A stretch of 64,000 bases of DNA. Source: Spirochaetia bacterium. GTDB taxonomy: Bacteria; Spirochaetota; Spirochaetia; SZUA-6; Bin103. The notes beneath the pieces are model-generated. The model saw only the letters and a list, made by a program, of their open reading frames with translations. It had not been told where the DNA came from and ran no database searches. The translations under genes were made by a program, and so were the position numbers. The DNA lies in the NCBI GenBank assembly GCA_965203905.1, contig CBDBDQ010000005.1:1344001-1408000 (forward strand). The letters run 5' to 3'. This document shows, piece after piece, positions 49,053-59,585 of the stretch; the stretch's first letter is position 1; every line of letters starts with the position of its first letter.

Positions 49053-50201
49053 ATGAGCGACCGAGACGCATTCGAGCGCATCCTGGCGTCGCTGTACGAC
49101 GCCATGCTCGACGATACCCAGTGGCCGGTTACTTCCACCCTGATTGACGAAGCCTGCGGCCTGACGGGCAATTCACTCCTCGTTGGGGAAGGCCCGATGG
49201 ACGACATCCAAGCGCACTTCGTCGGGGTCTACTACCGTGGGCAGCGCCGTACCGATCTGGAGCGCGAGTACACCGAGGTCTACCACCCTATCGACGAAAT
49301 GGTACCGCGCCTTCGGAATCAGTCCGACGGACGACTGGTGCAGATCTCCGACCTGTACACGACGGAAGAGTTGAAGACCTCGCCCACCTACAATGAGATA
49401 TTGCTGCGAGGCAAGTACCAGAATGGCTTGGCCGTGCGCATAGTCGCCGCGGATGGCGTCTACAAGAGCTGGGGCCGCTGGTGCCTCGCCGATCCCGTGG
49501 GCTCGGAGGACCGGAGTTCTTCGCAGATCAAGATGATCGCGCGGCTAGTGCCGTACATCCGACAGTTTTTTCGCGTCCGGCAGGCGCTGGTCCGCGCGCA
49601 GGCTCGGGCAGTGACCGCGGCCACCCTGCTCGATAACCCCCGACTCGGCGTTGTACACCTGGACCGGCGTGGTCGGATCATGGCGGTGAATGACCGCGCT
49701 CGCGGCATCCTGCGACACGGCGACGCGTTGTCCGACCGGGATGGGGAGTTGCATGCCCGTACGCCGGAAGACCGGCGCCGTCTGGAGCGTCTGCTGGGCG
49801 CCGCTCTGCCGACTTCCGGTGCTGTCGCGCTCAGTGGGTCGATGCCGCTCCGCCGCTCGTCTGCGCTGCCGCCGTTGGTGGTGCACGTCAAACCCGTGGC
49901 GGTCCAGCAACCGCACTACGGAGCGCGGTTCATCGCGGCGCTGGTACTGATCGAAGAGCCGGGGCGCCGGCATCGTATCGACCCACGCTTGATAGCCGCG
50001 GCTCTGGGGCTGACGCCGAGGGAAAGTCAGGTAGCGGCTTGGCTGGCGGAAGGCAAGAGTGTCGACGAAATGGCCCAGGCCACGGGTCACACCAGGGGCG
50101 CCATCTATTGGCACCTGAAGCAGATCTACCAGAAACTGCACATCTCACGGCAGCCGGATCTGGTGCGGCTGGTGCTGTCGGTCGCCGAGTTGGGCTACTA
50201 A
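49053..50201 (+). CDS. GAF/PAS plus LuxR-type HTH transcriptional regulator heading the lipoprotein array
   Basis: MSDRDAFERILASLYDAMLDDTQWP, GVVHLDRRGRIMAVN, and LGLTPRESQVAAWLAEGKSVDEMA...HLKQIYQKLHISRQPDLVRLVL. Paralogue of 16519-17724. Confidence 0.93.
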   Translation: MSDRDAFERILASLYDAMLDDTQWPVTSTLIDEACGLTGNSLLVGEGPMDDIQAHFVGVYYRGQRRTDLEREYTEVYHPIDEMVPRLRNQSDGRLVQISDLYTTEELKTSPTYNEILLRGKYQNGLAVRIVAADGVYKSWGRWCLADPVGSEDRSSSQIKMIARLVPYIRQFFRVRQALVRAQARAVTAATLLDNPRLGVVHLDRRGRIMAVNDRARGILRHGDALSDRDGELHARTPEDRRRLERLLGAALPTSGAVALSGSMPLRRSSALPPLVVHVKPVAVQQPHYGARFIAALVLIEEPGRRHRIDPRLIAAALGLTPRESQVAAWLAEGKSVDEMAQATGHTRGAIYWHLKQIYQKLHISRQPDLVRLVLSVAELGY

Positions 50202-50495
50202 CCGCAACGCCACCCACCTCCTCGGTGAGCAGTCCAATTGCTTGGCTGCGTCCTCAGTCCTACCAATCCTGGTAGGGACTCTCGGGTAATCGTGTCAGAA
50301 GATCGTTCTCGTCAGTCACCCGACTCCGACCTGCGTGCAAGGCAAGCGCGGCCGCGCCAGACCTCGGCAAGCGCTTCCAACCGCTCCGGAGGGCGTGGTG
50401 CAAGTGTCTGGCAAGACGGTTGGGGACGCAGGTTAGTGGATGCGATGGTATTCGCTTATGGCACAGCCTTCGAAAGTGCAGGAGAGGAGAATCAA

Positions 50496-51593
50496 ATGAA
50501 GTCTCGTCGAATCAGTAGACTGCTGGCGGTTTCCGCTGCCGTCGCCGCAGCGGTGGTGCTCTTGGCAGGTTGCCCAAGGGCGGTCAAGACACCGATCAGT
50601 TTCGCCGCGGGCGACCTTACGCTGACGCTACCGGCAATGGTGATAGGCACGGCCATCTCCGCAATAGTGTTGCCGGAGGCGTCCGGGGGAGAAGGTGCTC
50701 TCACCCACACTCTAGCTCCCGAGGTCCCGGGCCTTACGTTCGACCCCGAGACCCGGCAGTTGAACGGAATACCGACTACGGCCGGAAGCTATCCGCTGCG
50801 TTACACGGCAACGGATGAAGACGGCGCCACGGCCACCCTGAGCTTTGTGGTTACGGTAAGACCGACACTCTGGGGCTCTTGGCGTAACACCAGCAGATGG
50901 GACCATGACGGAGAAATCGTGGGAACGATCGTGGAGACTCTGACGTTCACTACCAGCAGGTTCATCATGTACAGGTCATACTATCGGACCGATGGTTCGT
51001 TGGACGGCAGGGATTGGGAGAGTGGTACCTGGGCAGCATCTGACGACACCGTGACAAAGACTTGGTATGTCAATGACGACGACGACCGCGACACTCCGGA
51101 CGTCCTCAGGAGTCTGGACAAGGACTATGTGTGGGCGGATGAGGCGCGCGACGTGTTATTTTTGCACGTATGGCGCCGTTGGAGTGACAGTCAGAATTTC
51201 GATCGTTACGAGCGCGTTCAAAATGTATCGCCGTCGTCGGTCGTCGGCGTATGGCAGAACTCCGATCTGTACGACGATTGGGACTTTACGCTTACGGTAA
51301 ACGCCGATGGCACGTTGCTGCTTGAGCATTCGTGGCCCGAAGGAATTGACACGGTGACTGCAGAGTGGCAACTCGATGAGGATGAATACTATCTCAATCT
51401 GTCCGACGCTAGCGCCACCTGGACCCCAACCGATGGAGTACCGCAACCTCATGGAACCATTGCGCCTCGGTTTGCCTTCGCTCCCACCGATCAGTGGCCG
51501 GACGAGATGATCGTGTCCTTCTGGCAGGAGAACCCGGCCGTCGGAAGTTATAGCAGGTTCGGGGTCTATTGGATGCTATTCCAACGGCAATAG
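50496..51593 (+). CDS. Array lipoprotein 1 (He_PIG-like Ig domain plus two lipocalin-like repeats)
   Basis: GAGGAG RBS, lipobox LAGC, LPEASGGEG..PGLTFDPETRQL.G.PT.AG.Y..YTATDEDG, and two GxW repeats. Confidence 0.9.
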   Translation: MKSRRISRLLAVSAAVAAAVVLLAGCPRAVKTPISFAAGDLTLTLPAMVIGTAISAIVLPEASGGEGALTHTLAPEVPGLTFDPETRQLNGIPTTAGSYPLRYTATDEDGATATLSFVVTVRPTLWGSWRNTSRWDHDGEIVGTIVETLTFTTSRFIMYRSYYRTDGSLDGRDWESGTWAASDDTVTKTWYVNDDDDRDTPDVLRSLDKDYVWADEARDVLFLHVWRRWSDSQNFDRYERVQNVSPSSVVGVWQNSDLYDDWDFTLTVNADGTLLLEHSWPEGIDTVTAEWQLDEDEYYLNLSDASATWTPTDGVPQPHGTIAPRFAFAPTDQWPDEMIVSFWQENPAVGSYSRFGVYWMLFQRQ

Positions 51594-51795
51594 TCGAATT
51601 GGCCGCGTACTCGGCTACCGATGCGCCATCCTCTGCGAGACTTCTTGCGGCTGTGGCGCTGGCGGCGTGACCTCGGTTGGCGTGGTCCACTAATACTGGA
51701 TGCTCTCCGCGGGAGACTACAGCGGCGGGCGTCATGCCGGCTCATCCGACTGGAGAAGTTGCCTCACCGGGCCCGTGAGACGGCTATCGACAAGG

Positions 51796-51827
51796 AGATC
51801 AGGCAGGACGACGATCCTGCCTGATCT
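51796..51827 (+). terminator. Conserved trailer hairpin AGATCAGGCAGGA-CGACGA-TCCTGCCTGATCT (also ~54797, 56449-56482 with TTTT, and 61357-61386)
   Basis: Perfect 12-14-bp stem in three trailers and a slightly mismatched one in the fourth. A U-tract is present only after copy 3. Confidence 0.6.
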
Positions 51828-51883
51828 GTCTACGCAAGGATCTGGTGCGGCTGGTGCTGTCGGTCGCCGAGTTGGGCTACTAA

Positions 51884-53192
51884 GGAGTCTCGCCAAAATA
51901 AGTTGGTCTTTTAGTCACTGTCGGGGAGTCAGCATGTAGTTCCATTCGCCGTGAAACCGATCGCGCTTCAGATTCAGTGCCTGCATCTGTTCGTCGCTCA
52001 CCGTCTGCCCCGTCGGGTAGCTGTTGTGGTCCAACTCCGAGCGGATCGTCAAGCCGCTCCTGGTCCTCGTGTGGCCGATCAGGTTCACCACCACCTGCCG
52101 GCTCACCAGCGGTCGCCCGCGCCAGTTCTCGGTGATGTGACAGAACATCCGATGCTCGATCTTGTTCCACTTGCTGGTCCCCGGCGGAAAGTGACACACC
52201 GAGATGCGCAGCCCCGTGGCATCGGCGAACTGCTGCAACTCCACCTTCCACAGCCGACTGCGACTGCTGTTGGAACCGCCCCCGTCGGCCGTGATCAGCA
52301 ACCGCCGCGCCTGTGGATACGCCATATGGCCCATCCTCTGCCACCACCTCCGCAGTGTCTCCACGGCGAATACCGCGGTGTCGTGATCCTCCCCCACGCT
52401 CACCCAGCCGGTGTCACCGGTCACGTCGTAGATCCCGTACGGAATCGCCTTGCCGAGCGTCTTATCCACGAAATCGTGCACCTTGACGCGCTCCGGTTGG
52501 CCCTTCGGGCGCCACTCTCGACCCCCGTTGCGGTACTCGCCCACCAACTCCTTTTTCTTGGTGTCAACAGAAACTACCGGCTGCCGCAGAGCCTGAAACG
52601 CGCGCACCCTCCGGTTGATGTGCTTGAACTGCGCATCGCGGTCGACATGCTGCGTGCCTTCCAGCGTCTTGCGGTTGGCCTGCAGGCTGTAGCCCAACTC
52701 ATGCAACAGCCGGTTCACGGTCCGCTCGCTCACCGGGTGACCGGCCGCCTGCAGTTCCTCGGCCAACCGCGCCGCGCTACTGCAGGTCCACAGCAACGGC
52801 CCCATCGGGTCGCCGCGGGTGACCGGGTCGACCAACCGCTCCAGCGCCTGTGTCAACTTCGGGTCGCGGGCGGTCAACGGCTTACGGCCTGCGCCGGGTC
52901 GTCGCTGGCGTCCGCTGTTGGCTTGTGCCCCTGCTGCTGCGCCGGCATCCAGTTCCTTCAGCCCGGCGTGAATGGTGGTCCGCGAGATCCCGGTGGCGGC
53001 TGCCACACAGGCGATGCCGCCACGGCCCAGCAGGCGCGCCTCCACCGCAGCCCAGCGGCGCCGGAGGCGCTCGTCAAACAATGGATTCAGGGCTGCGAAC
53101 TTGGTCTTGACCGCTTGGGTGAGAATTGGGTCCACTACGTCTGAGTAGATTATCGGCTACTCCTTTCGACCACTTTATTTTGGCGAGAGCCC
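51884..53192 (-). mobile_element. ISAzo13-family insertion sequence with 3-bp TAA target duplication
   Basis: 25-bp inverted repeats GGAGTCTCGCCAAAATAAGTTGGTC / GGGCTCTCGCCAAAATAAAGTGGTC, with TAA at 51881-51883 and 53193-53195. Removal restores GGGCTACTAACCGCAACG, as at 50192. Confidence 0.95.
51915..53135 (-). CDS. ISAzo13-family DDE transposase
   Basis: RGDPMGPLLWT, SVDTKKKELVG, ITADGGGSN and HFPPGTSKWNKIEHRMF. Confidence 0.95.
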   Translation of the reverse strand: MDPILTQAVKTKFAALNPLFDERLRRRWAAVEARLLGRGGIACVAAATGISRTTIHAGLKELDAGAAAGAQANSGRQRRPGAGRKPLTARDPKLTQALERLVDPVTRGDPMGPLLWTCSSAARLAEELQAAGHPVSERTVNRLLHELGYSLQANRKTLEGTQHVDRDAQFKHINRRVRAFQALRQPVVSVDTKKKELVGEYRNGGREWRPKGQPERVKVHDFVDKTLGKAIPYGIYDVTGDTGWVSVGEDHDTAVFAVETLRRWWQRMGHMAYPQARRLLITADGGGSNSSRSRLWKVELQQFADATGLRISVCHFPPGTSKWNKIEHRMFCHITENWRGRPLVSRQVVVNLIGHTRTRSGLTIRSELDHNSYPTGQTVSDEQMQALNLKRDRFHGEWNYMLTPRQ

Positions 53193-53497
53193 TAACCGCA
53201 ACGCCACCCACCTCCTCGGTGAGCAGTCCAATTGCTTGGCTGCGTTCTCAGTCCTACCAATCCTGGTAGGGACTCTCGGGCAATCGTGTCAGAAGATCGT
53301 TCTCGTCAGTCACCCGACTCCGACCTGCGTGCGAAGCATGCGACGCCGCGCCAGACCTCGGATAGCGATCCCACCCGCTCCGGAGGGCGTAGAGCAAATG
53401 CTTGGGAAGGCGGTTGACGGTTGGGGGACGCAGGTTGGTGGATGCGATGGCATTCGCTTATGGCGCAGGCTTCGAATGTGCAAGAGAGGAGAATCAA

Positions 53498-54619
53498 GTG
53501 AAGTTTCGTCGACTCAGTAGACTGCTGGCGGTTTCCGCTGCCGTCGCCGCGGTGGTGCTCTTGGCAGGTTGCCCAAGGGCGGTCAAGACGCCGATCAGTT
53601 TTGCCGCGGGTGACCTTACGCTGACGCTACCGGCAATGGTGAAAGACACGGCCATATCCGCAGTTGTGTTGCCGGAGGCGTCCGGGGGAGAAGGTGCTTT
53701 CTCCTATGCCCTGGCTCCCGAGGTTCCGGGCCTTACGTTCGACCCCGAGACCCGACAGTTGAGCGGGACCCCGACTACGGCCGGAAGCTATCCGTTGCGC
53801 TACACGGCGACGGATGAAGACGGCGCCTCGGTCACCCTGAGCTTCACGGTCACGGTAAGACCGACGCTGTGGGGCTCTTGGCGTACCACCAGCAGATGGC
53901 ACGATGACGGAGAACTCGTGGGAACGGTCGTGGAGACTCTGACGTTCACTACCAGCAGGTTCATCATGTACAGAGCACACTATCGGACCGATGGTTCGTT
54001 TGACGGCAGAGCGTTGGAGAGTGGTACCTGGACAGCATCTGACGACGCCGTGACAAAGACTTGGTATGTCAATGACGACGACGACCGCGACACTCCGGAC
54101 GTCCTAAGGAGTCTGGACAAGGACTATGTGTGGGCGGATGGGGCGCGCGATGTGTTACTGTTGCACGAATGGCGCGGTTGGAGTGCCAGTCAGAGTTTCG
54201 ATCGCTACGAGCGCGTTCAAAATGTATCACCGTCGTCGGTAGTCGGCGTATGGCAGAGGTCGGGAATGGGGGACGATTGGTCTTTCGTTCAAACGCTTAC
54301 GGTATACCCCGATGGCACGTTGCTATACGAGAATTCGTGGTCTGAACGAGAGTCCGGAGGAGTTTGGGAGATGACTGCAAACTGGCAGCTTGTTGAGGAT
54401 GAGTACTATCTCAATCTGACCGACGCTAGCGCCACCTGGACCCCAACCGGTGGAGTAACGGAACCGGACTCAGATTTTGAGGGTGCGTCTCGGTGGGCCT
54501 TCGCTCTCACCGACCAGTGGCCGGACGAGATGATAGTGTCGCCCTTCTGGGACGAAGATCCGGCCTATGATAGTTATAGAGAGTATGGACACTACTGGAT
54601 GACCTTCCAACGGCAATAG
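53498..54619 (+). CDS. Array lipoprotein 2
   Basis: GTG start after GAGGAG, lipobox LAGC, same architecture as lipoprotein 1. Confidence 0.9.
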   Translation: MKFRRLSRLLAVSAAVAAVVLLAGCPRAVKTPISFAAGDLTLTLPAMVKDTAISAVVLPEASGGEGAFSYALAPEVPGLTFDPETRQLSGTPTTAGSYPLRYTATDEDGASVTLSFTVTVRPTLWGSWRTTSRWHDDGELVGTVVETLTFTTSRFIMYRAHYRTDGSFDGRALESGTWTASDDAVTKTWYVNDDDDRDTPDVLRSLDKDYVWADGARDVLLLHEWRGWSASQSFDRYERVQNVSPSSVVGVWQRSGMGDDWSFVQTLTVYPDGTLLYENSWSERESGGVWEMTANWQLVEDEYYLNLTDASATWTPTGGVTEPDSDFEGASRWAFALTDQWPDEMIVSPFWDEDPAYDSYREYGHYWMTFQRQ

Positions 54620-55159
54620 TCGAATTGCGCCGCGTACTCAGTTACCGAGCGCCATCCTCTGCGAGGCTTCTTGCGGCTGTGGCGCCGGCGGCGTGACCTG
54701 GGTTCGCGGAGGACACTGAGCAGCGGGCGTCGTGTCGGCTCATCCGACCGGAGAGAGTGCCTCACCGGCCTCGTGACACGGGCTATCGGCAAGGAAATCA
54801 GGCAGGACGACAATCCTGCCTGGTCTATCTACGCAAGGATCTGCTCTGTCGGTCGCCGAGTTGGGCTACGAACCCCGGGTCCTCGGCGGGCAGTCCGGTT
54901 TGCTTGCTGGCTTTCTCAGTCCTACCAATCCTGGTAGGGACTCTCGGGCAGTCGTGTCAGAGGATCGTTCTCGTCAGTCACCGACTCCGACCTGCGCGCA
55001 AACGCATGCGCGGCCGCGCCCAACCCCTCGGATAGCGATTCCATCCGCTCCGGAGGGGACGGTGCACGTTGCTTGGAAGGCGGTTGGGGACGCAGGTTAG
55101 CGGATGCGACGATATTCGCTTTTGGCACAGCCTTCGAAAGTGCAAGAGAGGAGAATCAA

Positions 55160-56248
55160 ATGAAGTCTCGTCGAATCAGTAGACTGCTAGTGGTTGCCAC
55201 TGCCGTCGCCGCGGTGGTGTTCTTGGTAGGTTGCACAAGGGCGGTCAAGACGCCTATCAGTTTCGCCGCGGGCGACCTTACGCTGACGCTACCGGCAATG
55301 GTGAAAGGCACGGCCATCTCCGCAGTCGTGCTGCCGGAGGCGTCCGGGGGAGAAGGTGCTCTCACCCACACTCTAGCTCCCGAGGTCCCGGGCCTTACGT
55401 TCGACCCCGAGACCCGACAGTTGAGCGGGACACCGACTACGGCCGGAAGCTATCCGCTGCGTTACACGGCGACGGATGAAGACGGCGCCACGGCCACCCT
55501 GAGCTTCACGCTCACGGTAAGACCGACGCTGTGGGGCTCTTGGCGTAACACCAGTATCCGGTACTATGACGGCGAAGTGGGAACGGTCGTGGAGACTCTG
55601 ACGTTCACTACCAGCAGGTTCATCATGTACAGGTCATACTATCGGCCCGATGGTTCGTTTGACGGCTGGCATTGGGAGAGTGGTACCTGGGCAGCATCTG
55701 ACGACACCGTGACAAAGACTTGGTATGTCGATGACGACGACGACCACGAGACTCCGGAAGTCCTCAGGAGTCTGGACAAGGACTATGTGTGGGTGGATGA
55801 GGCGCGCGATGTGTTATTGTTGCACGAATGGCGCCGTTGGAGTGCCAGTGAGACTTTCGATCGCTACGAGCGCGTGAAAAGTGTATCGCCGTCGTCGGTA
55901 GTGGGCGTATGGCAGAACTCCGATCTGTACGACGATTGGGACTTTACGCTTACGGTTAACGCCGATGGCACGTTGCTGTTCGACGCTTCGGAGCTCGGCG
56001 GAGTTTGGAAGGTGACTGCAAAGTGGCAGCTCGATGAGGATGAGTACTTTCTCAATCTGACCGACGCGACCGACGTCTGGACCCCAACCGGTGGAGTACC
56101 GCAACTTCGGAACCTTGCGTCTCGGTTTGCCTTCGCTCCTACCGATCAGTGGCCGGATGGGATGACAGTGTCCTTCTGGCACGAAGACCCGGACCATCCC
56201 AATTTTAAAGAGTTCGGGTCCTATTGGATGACCTTCCAACGGCAATAG
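55160..56248 (+). CDS. Array lipoprotein 3
   Basis: ATG after GAGGAG, lipobox LVGC, same architecture. Confidence 0.9.
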   Translation: MKSRRISRLLVVATAVAAVVFLVGCTRAVKTPISFAAGDLTLTLPAMVKGTAISAVVLPEASGGEGALTHTLAPEVPGLTFDPETRQLSGTPTTAGSYPLRYTATDEDGATATLSFTLTVRPTLWGSWRNTSIRYYDGEVGTVVETLTFTTSRFIMYRSYYRPDGSFDGWHWESGTWAASDDTVTKTWYVDDDDDHETPEVLRSLDKDYVWVDEARDVLLLHEWRRWSASETFDRYERVKSVSPSSVVGVWQNSDLYDDWDFTLTVNADGTLLFDASELGGVWKVTAKWQLDEDEYFLNLTDATDVWTPTGGVPQLRNLASRFAFAPTDQWPDGMTVSFWHEDPDHPNFKEFGSYWMTFQRQ

Positions 56249-56537
56249 TCGAATTGCGCCGCGTACTCAGCTACCGAGCGCCATCCTCTGCGAGGCTTCT
56301 TGCGGCTGTGGCGCCGGCGGCGTGACCTGCGTTGGCGTGGTCCACTGATACTGGATGCTCTCGTGGGAGAGTGCAACAGCGGGCGTCATGCCGGCCCATC
56401 CGACCGGAGAAGGTGCCTCACCGGGCCCGTGAGACGGCTATCGACAAGGAGATCAGGCAGGACGACGATCCTGCCTGATCTCTTTTCGTCTAACCCCAGC
56501 GTCAACGACTCCTACCTCAGGTAGGAAGGAAAGAATC

Positions 56538-59500
56538 TTGAGAGCAAGAGTAGTAGCGATACTGGAGATACTGGTCGCTGTCATTGCTGTTGCCCTGGTC
56601 ATGGGGTGCAGCGGATCGGTGATGGGCATGATCGAAACTCCTGCTGCCGAGCCACGACCTGAGAAGACACCATCTGAGCAGGCGGAAAAAACCACGATCA
56701 CTTTCCGGGTAGTGGAGCCCCTCCTTGCGGACAGAAATGGTCCGGGTGTAGCAGCAGTGAAGGTTATCCTCCAGTCCGGACAGGAAAAAGTGAAGGAAAC
56801 AGCTACCGACGGCAGCGTTACCTTCGTGGGCAGCCTCCCTCTCACCGTCCGGATTGAAAAACCCGGCTATATCACCACCACAGCCACCGTGACGGACGAG
56901 TCAGGCCAGGAGATCGTCTTTCCCAACGAGTGGCCGGAGGAGGCAAAAGAAGCCATTCGCCAACTTGGCTTAGAGGAGATGATTGCTTCAGGTGAGCTTG
57001 TCCTGAGGTGGGGGGACACCGAGTTCCTCTATACCCTTGATGGAGATGTGGGGGGACTGTACGTTTGTCCTAACATAATCATTAGGGATCACACCAATAA
57101 CGGAAACCGCCGGATGTGGATCTTGGTTCACGAACTAATGCATGTTTGGCAAGGTTTGAACTCCACAAATCCACCTTGCGAGATTGATCCTGGCTGGACT
57201 CAGTCCGAGGAAGGCAGGGCTTGGATTGCCGCCATAGATGAGGACCTCAGGGAAGTTGGCCCCATCTCCGGTTTTGATGATTCGGCATGGGCATCAAAGG
57301 ATGTTCCACACGAGAATCAGGCCTCGTTTTATGCCCAATGGGCATATGGCCTTGAGAGAACAAGAGAGGAGCTGGAAAAACTCTGTGGCTTAGCACCAAA
57401 CCGGTGCCGGTACCTGCAGGACAGATTCGGACCTCCGCCGCCGCGCATGACCGGGACCAACAGCGCGCCGACGGCAGACGCCGGCCCTGATCAGACGGTG
57501 ACCGCGAGCGACACCGTGACCCTCCGGGGCAGCGGCACCGACGCCGAAGACCAGAACCTGACCTACTCCTGGTCGCAGACCGGTGGCGTACCGACCGTCG
57601 AGTTGCGCTCGGACCAGGCCGCAACCTCCTTCACTGCACCCGACGTAGACGCGGTTACCATGCTCACCTTCGCGCTCACGGTGACCGACTCGGGCGGCCT
57701 CACGGGTACCGATTCCGTGACTGTCACGGTCCTGCCCCCGCTCTCCGTGGCGGTCTCCGTGACGTTCGTCGAAGACTCCGTGCGCGTCGTGGAAGGGGAA
57801 GAGGTGGCCGTTGGCATCCGGTACCGAGCCCGGGAGCTCGCCTCGCCGCTGACGATCCAGGTCTCCGTGCTTGAGGACCAGGCCGAGGCGGCCGACTACG
57901 AATTGTCGGAGACCCGTTTCGAGATCCCGGCCGGGAGAGACATTCTGGGAACCCTGGAACTCACCCTCAGCACGCGGACCGACGACTCCTTCGCCGAGGG
58001 GGAGGAAGCCATCGAGCTGCGGCTCTTGGTGCCTGAGGCGATTGGAGCGGAGGTCGGAGGGCCGCTCTCGGTGACGATCTCCGATGCCGCGGTGTCCGCC
58101 TGCGTTGGCGTCACCCTGGCAGGCACGCCTCCCGAACCCGTGGAAGAAGTTGGAGGGCTCCGGATCCGCACTTCGCTGACCTCGGAGTGGCACGCGAGCG
58201 CGCGGGAAGTAACGATGCGGTGGGTCGGCCCATATGGCGAGGTATGGCATTGGGTCGATGTCGAGCACCACCCGTATTACGACGAGAGAGCCAAACCCTT
58301 TCCGCCACCACCCGACTTCCATATCGAGGCGTGGCAGTTCGATCCCGGAAGCGCCTCCACCACCCACATGATGGATGTCTCGTGGTCAGCCAAGGCCGAC
58401 CTGGAACTCATGTTCCGCTGCCAAACCGGCGCCGTTGTCGCCGTCTGCGATTCGGCGGGATGTACGATCGAGGCGACGACGGCATCCCGTACGATATCCG
58501 GCAGTCCGAGCGCACTCCATTCAGCGCTCTGGGGCGAGGGCTCGGAAAGCGGACTTCGAGCTGCGTCCTACCTCGTTGCGCCGGATCGAAGGTGGCATCC
58601 GTCAGTGTGGGGACCGGGCGATACGCTTGTTTTTCACCTTTCGACGGAAAACTGGCCGGACGACGCCCGGATGACGCCAGCGGACGTGAAGGAAGTTCTG
58701 GAGAGGATGCTGGCCGAGTGGTCGGCTGTTCCAACGGCGGACATCTCCTGGCGAGTCGAAGGACCGGCGGACGGGCTCTTGCCGGGAAAGGACGGGAAGA
58801 ACATCTTCTGGATAGACCCGGGGTACGTGCACGGCGGTGGTAGCGGACCAACGAGATGGTACGAGACTATCGATGGGGTCCACGGACTGGTGGAGGCTGA
58901 TCATCGCATCGACCCCAACTCGCTGAGAGTGTCAAGTTACGACAGGCCGTGGCCCTACATCGCCAATGAGCTGGGTATGCACCCTCTCGGCCATACCCTC
59001 GGCTTGGAACATGCGGCTACGTTCCCTGTTTTTTCGCCTTGTCCGGGGCCGCGCTCAGATGACTGCGGACGGGTCGACGGGGACCTCGGCTATTGGCGAG
59101 ATGTCCGCGGCGCCTGGCAACTGGACCCGATCATGTCGTACGGGGCGTCCGGCACTTTGAGCTTTCTGGACGATGGGTCGGCCTTGCGGCTCGACGACAA
59201 GATCGGGGCGTCGCTGCTCCGCCCGAAACCCGGCTGGCTCGAAACTACCGGCTCGATTGCCGGGTCAGTCAGCACCGATGACGGGCGGCCGGTTCCGTTC
59301 ATCCACGTATGGGCCGTGCGGCCCGACGAGCGCGGCCTGATGGACGGTACAGGGTCGTTCGCCAACCGGAACGGCGACTTTCTGATCCGGGGCCTACCGC
59401 CCGGAGACTGGATCCTCATCGCACATCCGGACTTGTCCTGGCTGGCGAATCCGTGGTTCTTCTTCGAGCGGCAGGGCGAACTGACCGACGAGATGATGCT

Positions 59501-59585
59501 CTTCCCGGTGCGCGCCCGCGCCGGGCAGACGACATCAGGCATCGAGATCACCATGTCGCGGGGCCGGATGACGACAGTGCCGTGA
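56538..59585 (+). CDS. Multidomain lipoprotein: HExxH zincin + PKD-like + Calx-beta-like + matrixin-like + carboxypeptidase-regulatory-like domains
   Basis: Lipobox VMGC, VHELMH, APTADAGPDQTV..YSWSQ, DDSFAEGEE, HPLGHTLGLEH with Met-turn PIMSY, and GDFLIRGLPPGDW. Confidence 0.8.
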   Translation: MRARVVAILEILVAVIAVALVMGCSGSVMGMIETPAAEPRPEKTPSEQAEKTTITFRVVEPLLADRNGPGVAAVKVILQSGQEKVKETATDGSVTFVGSLPLTVRIEKPGYITTTATVTDESGQEIVFPNEWPEEAKEAIRQLGLEEMIASGELVLRWGDTEFLYTLDGDVGGLYVCPNIIIRDHTNNGNRRMWILVHELMHVWQGLNSTNPPCEIDPGWTQSEEGRAWIAAIDEDLREVGPISGFDDSAWASKDVPHENQASFYAQWAYGLERTREELEKLCGLAPNRCRYLQDRFGPPPPRMTGTNSAPTADAGPDQTVTASDTVTLRGSGTDAEDQNLTYSWSQTGGVPTVELRSDQAATSFTAPDVDAVTMLTFALTVTDSGGLTGTDSVTVTVLPPLSVAVSVTFVEDSVRVVEGEEVAVGIRYRARELASPLTIQVSVLEDQAEAADYELSETRFEIPAGRDILGTLELTLSTRTDDSFAEGEEAIELRLLVPEAIGAEVGGPLSVTISDAAVSACVGVTLAGTPPEPVEEVGGLRIRTSLTSEWHASAREVTMRWVGPYGEVWHWVDVEHHPYYDERAKPFPPPPDFHIEAWQFDPGSASTTHMMDVSWSAKADLELMFRCQTGAVVAVCDSAGCTIEATTASRTISGSPSALHSALWGEGSESGLRAASYLVAPDRRWHPSVWGPGDTLVFHLSTENWPDDARMTPADVKEVLERMLAEWSAVPTADISWRVEGPADGLLPGKDGKNIFWIDPGYVHGGGSGPTRWYETIDGVHGLVEADHRIDPNSLRVSSYDRPWPYIANELGMHPLGHTLGLEHAATFPVFSPCPGPRSDDCGRVDGDLGYWRDVRGAWQLDPIMSYGASGTLSFLDDGSALRLDDKIGASLLRPKPGWLETTGSIAGSVSTDDGRPVPFIHVWAVRPDERGLMDGTGSFANRNGDFLIRGLPPGDWILIAHPDLSWLANPWFFFERQGELTDEMMLFPVRARAGQTTSGIEITMSRGRMTTVP

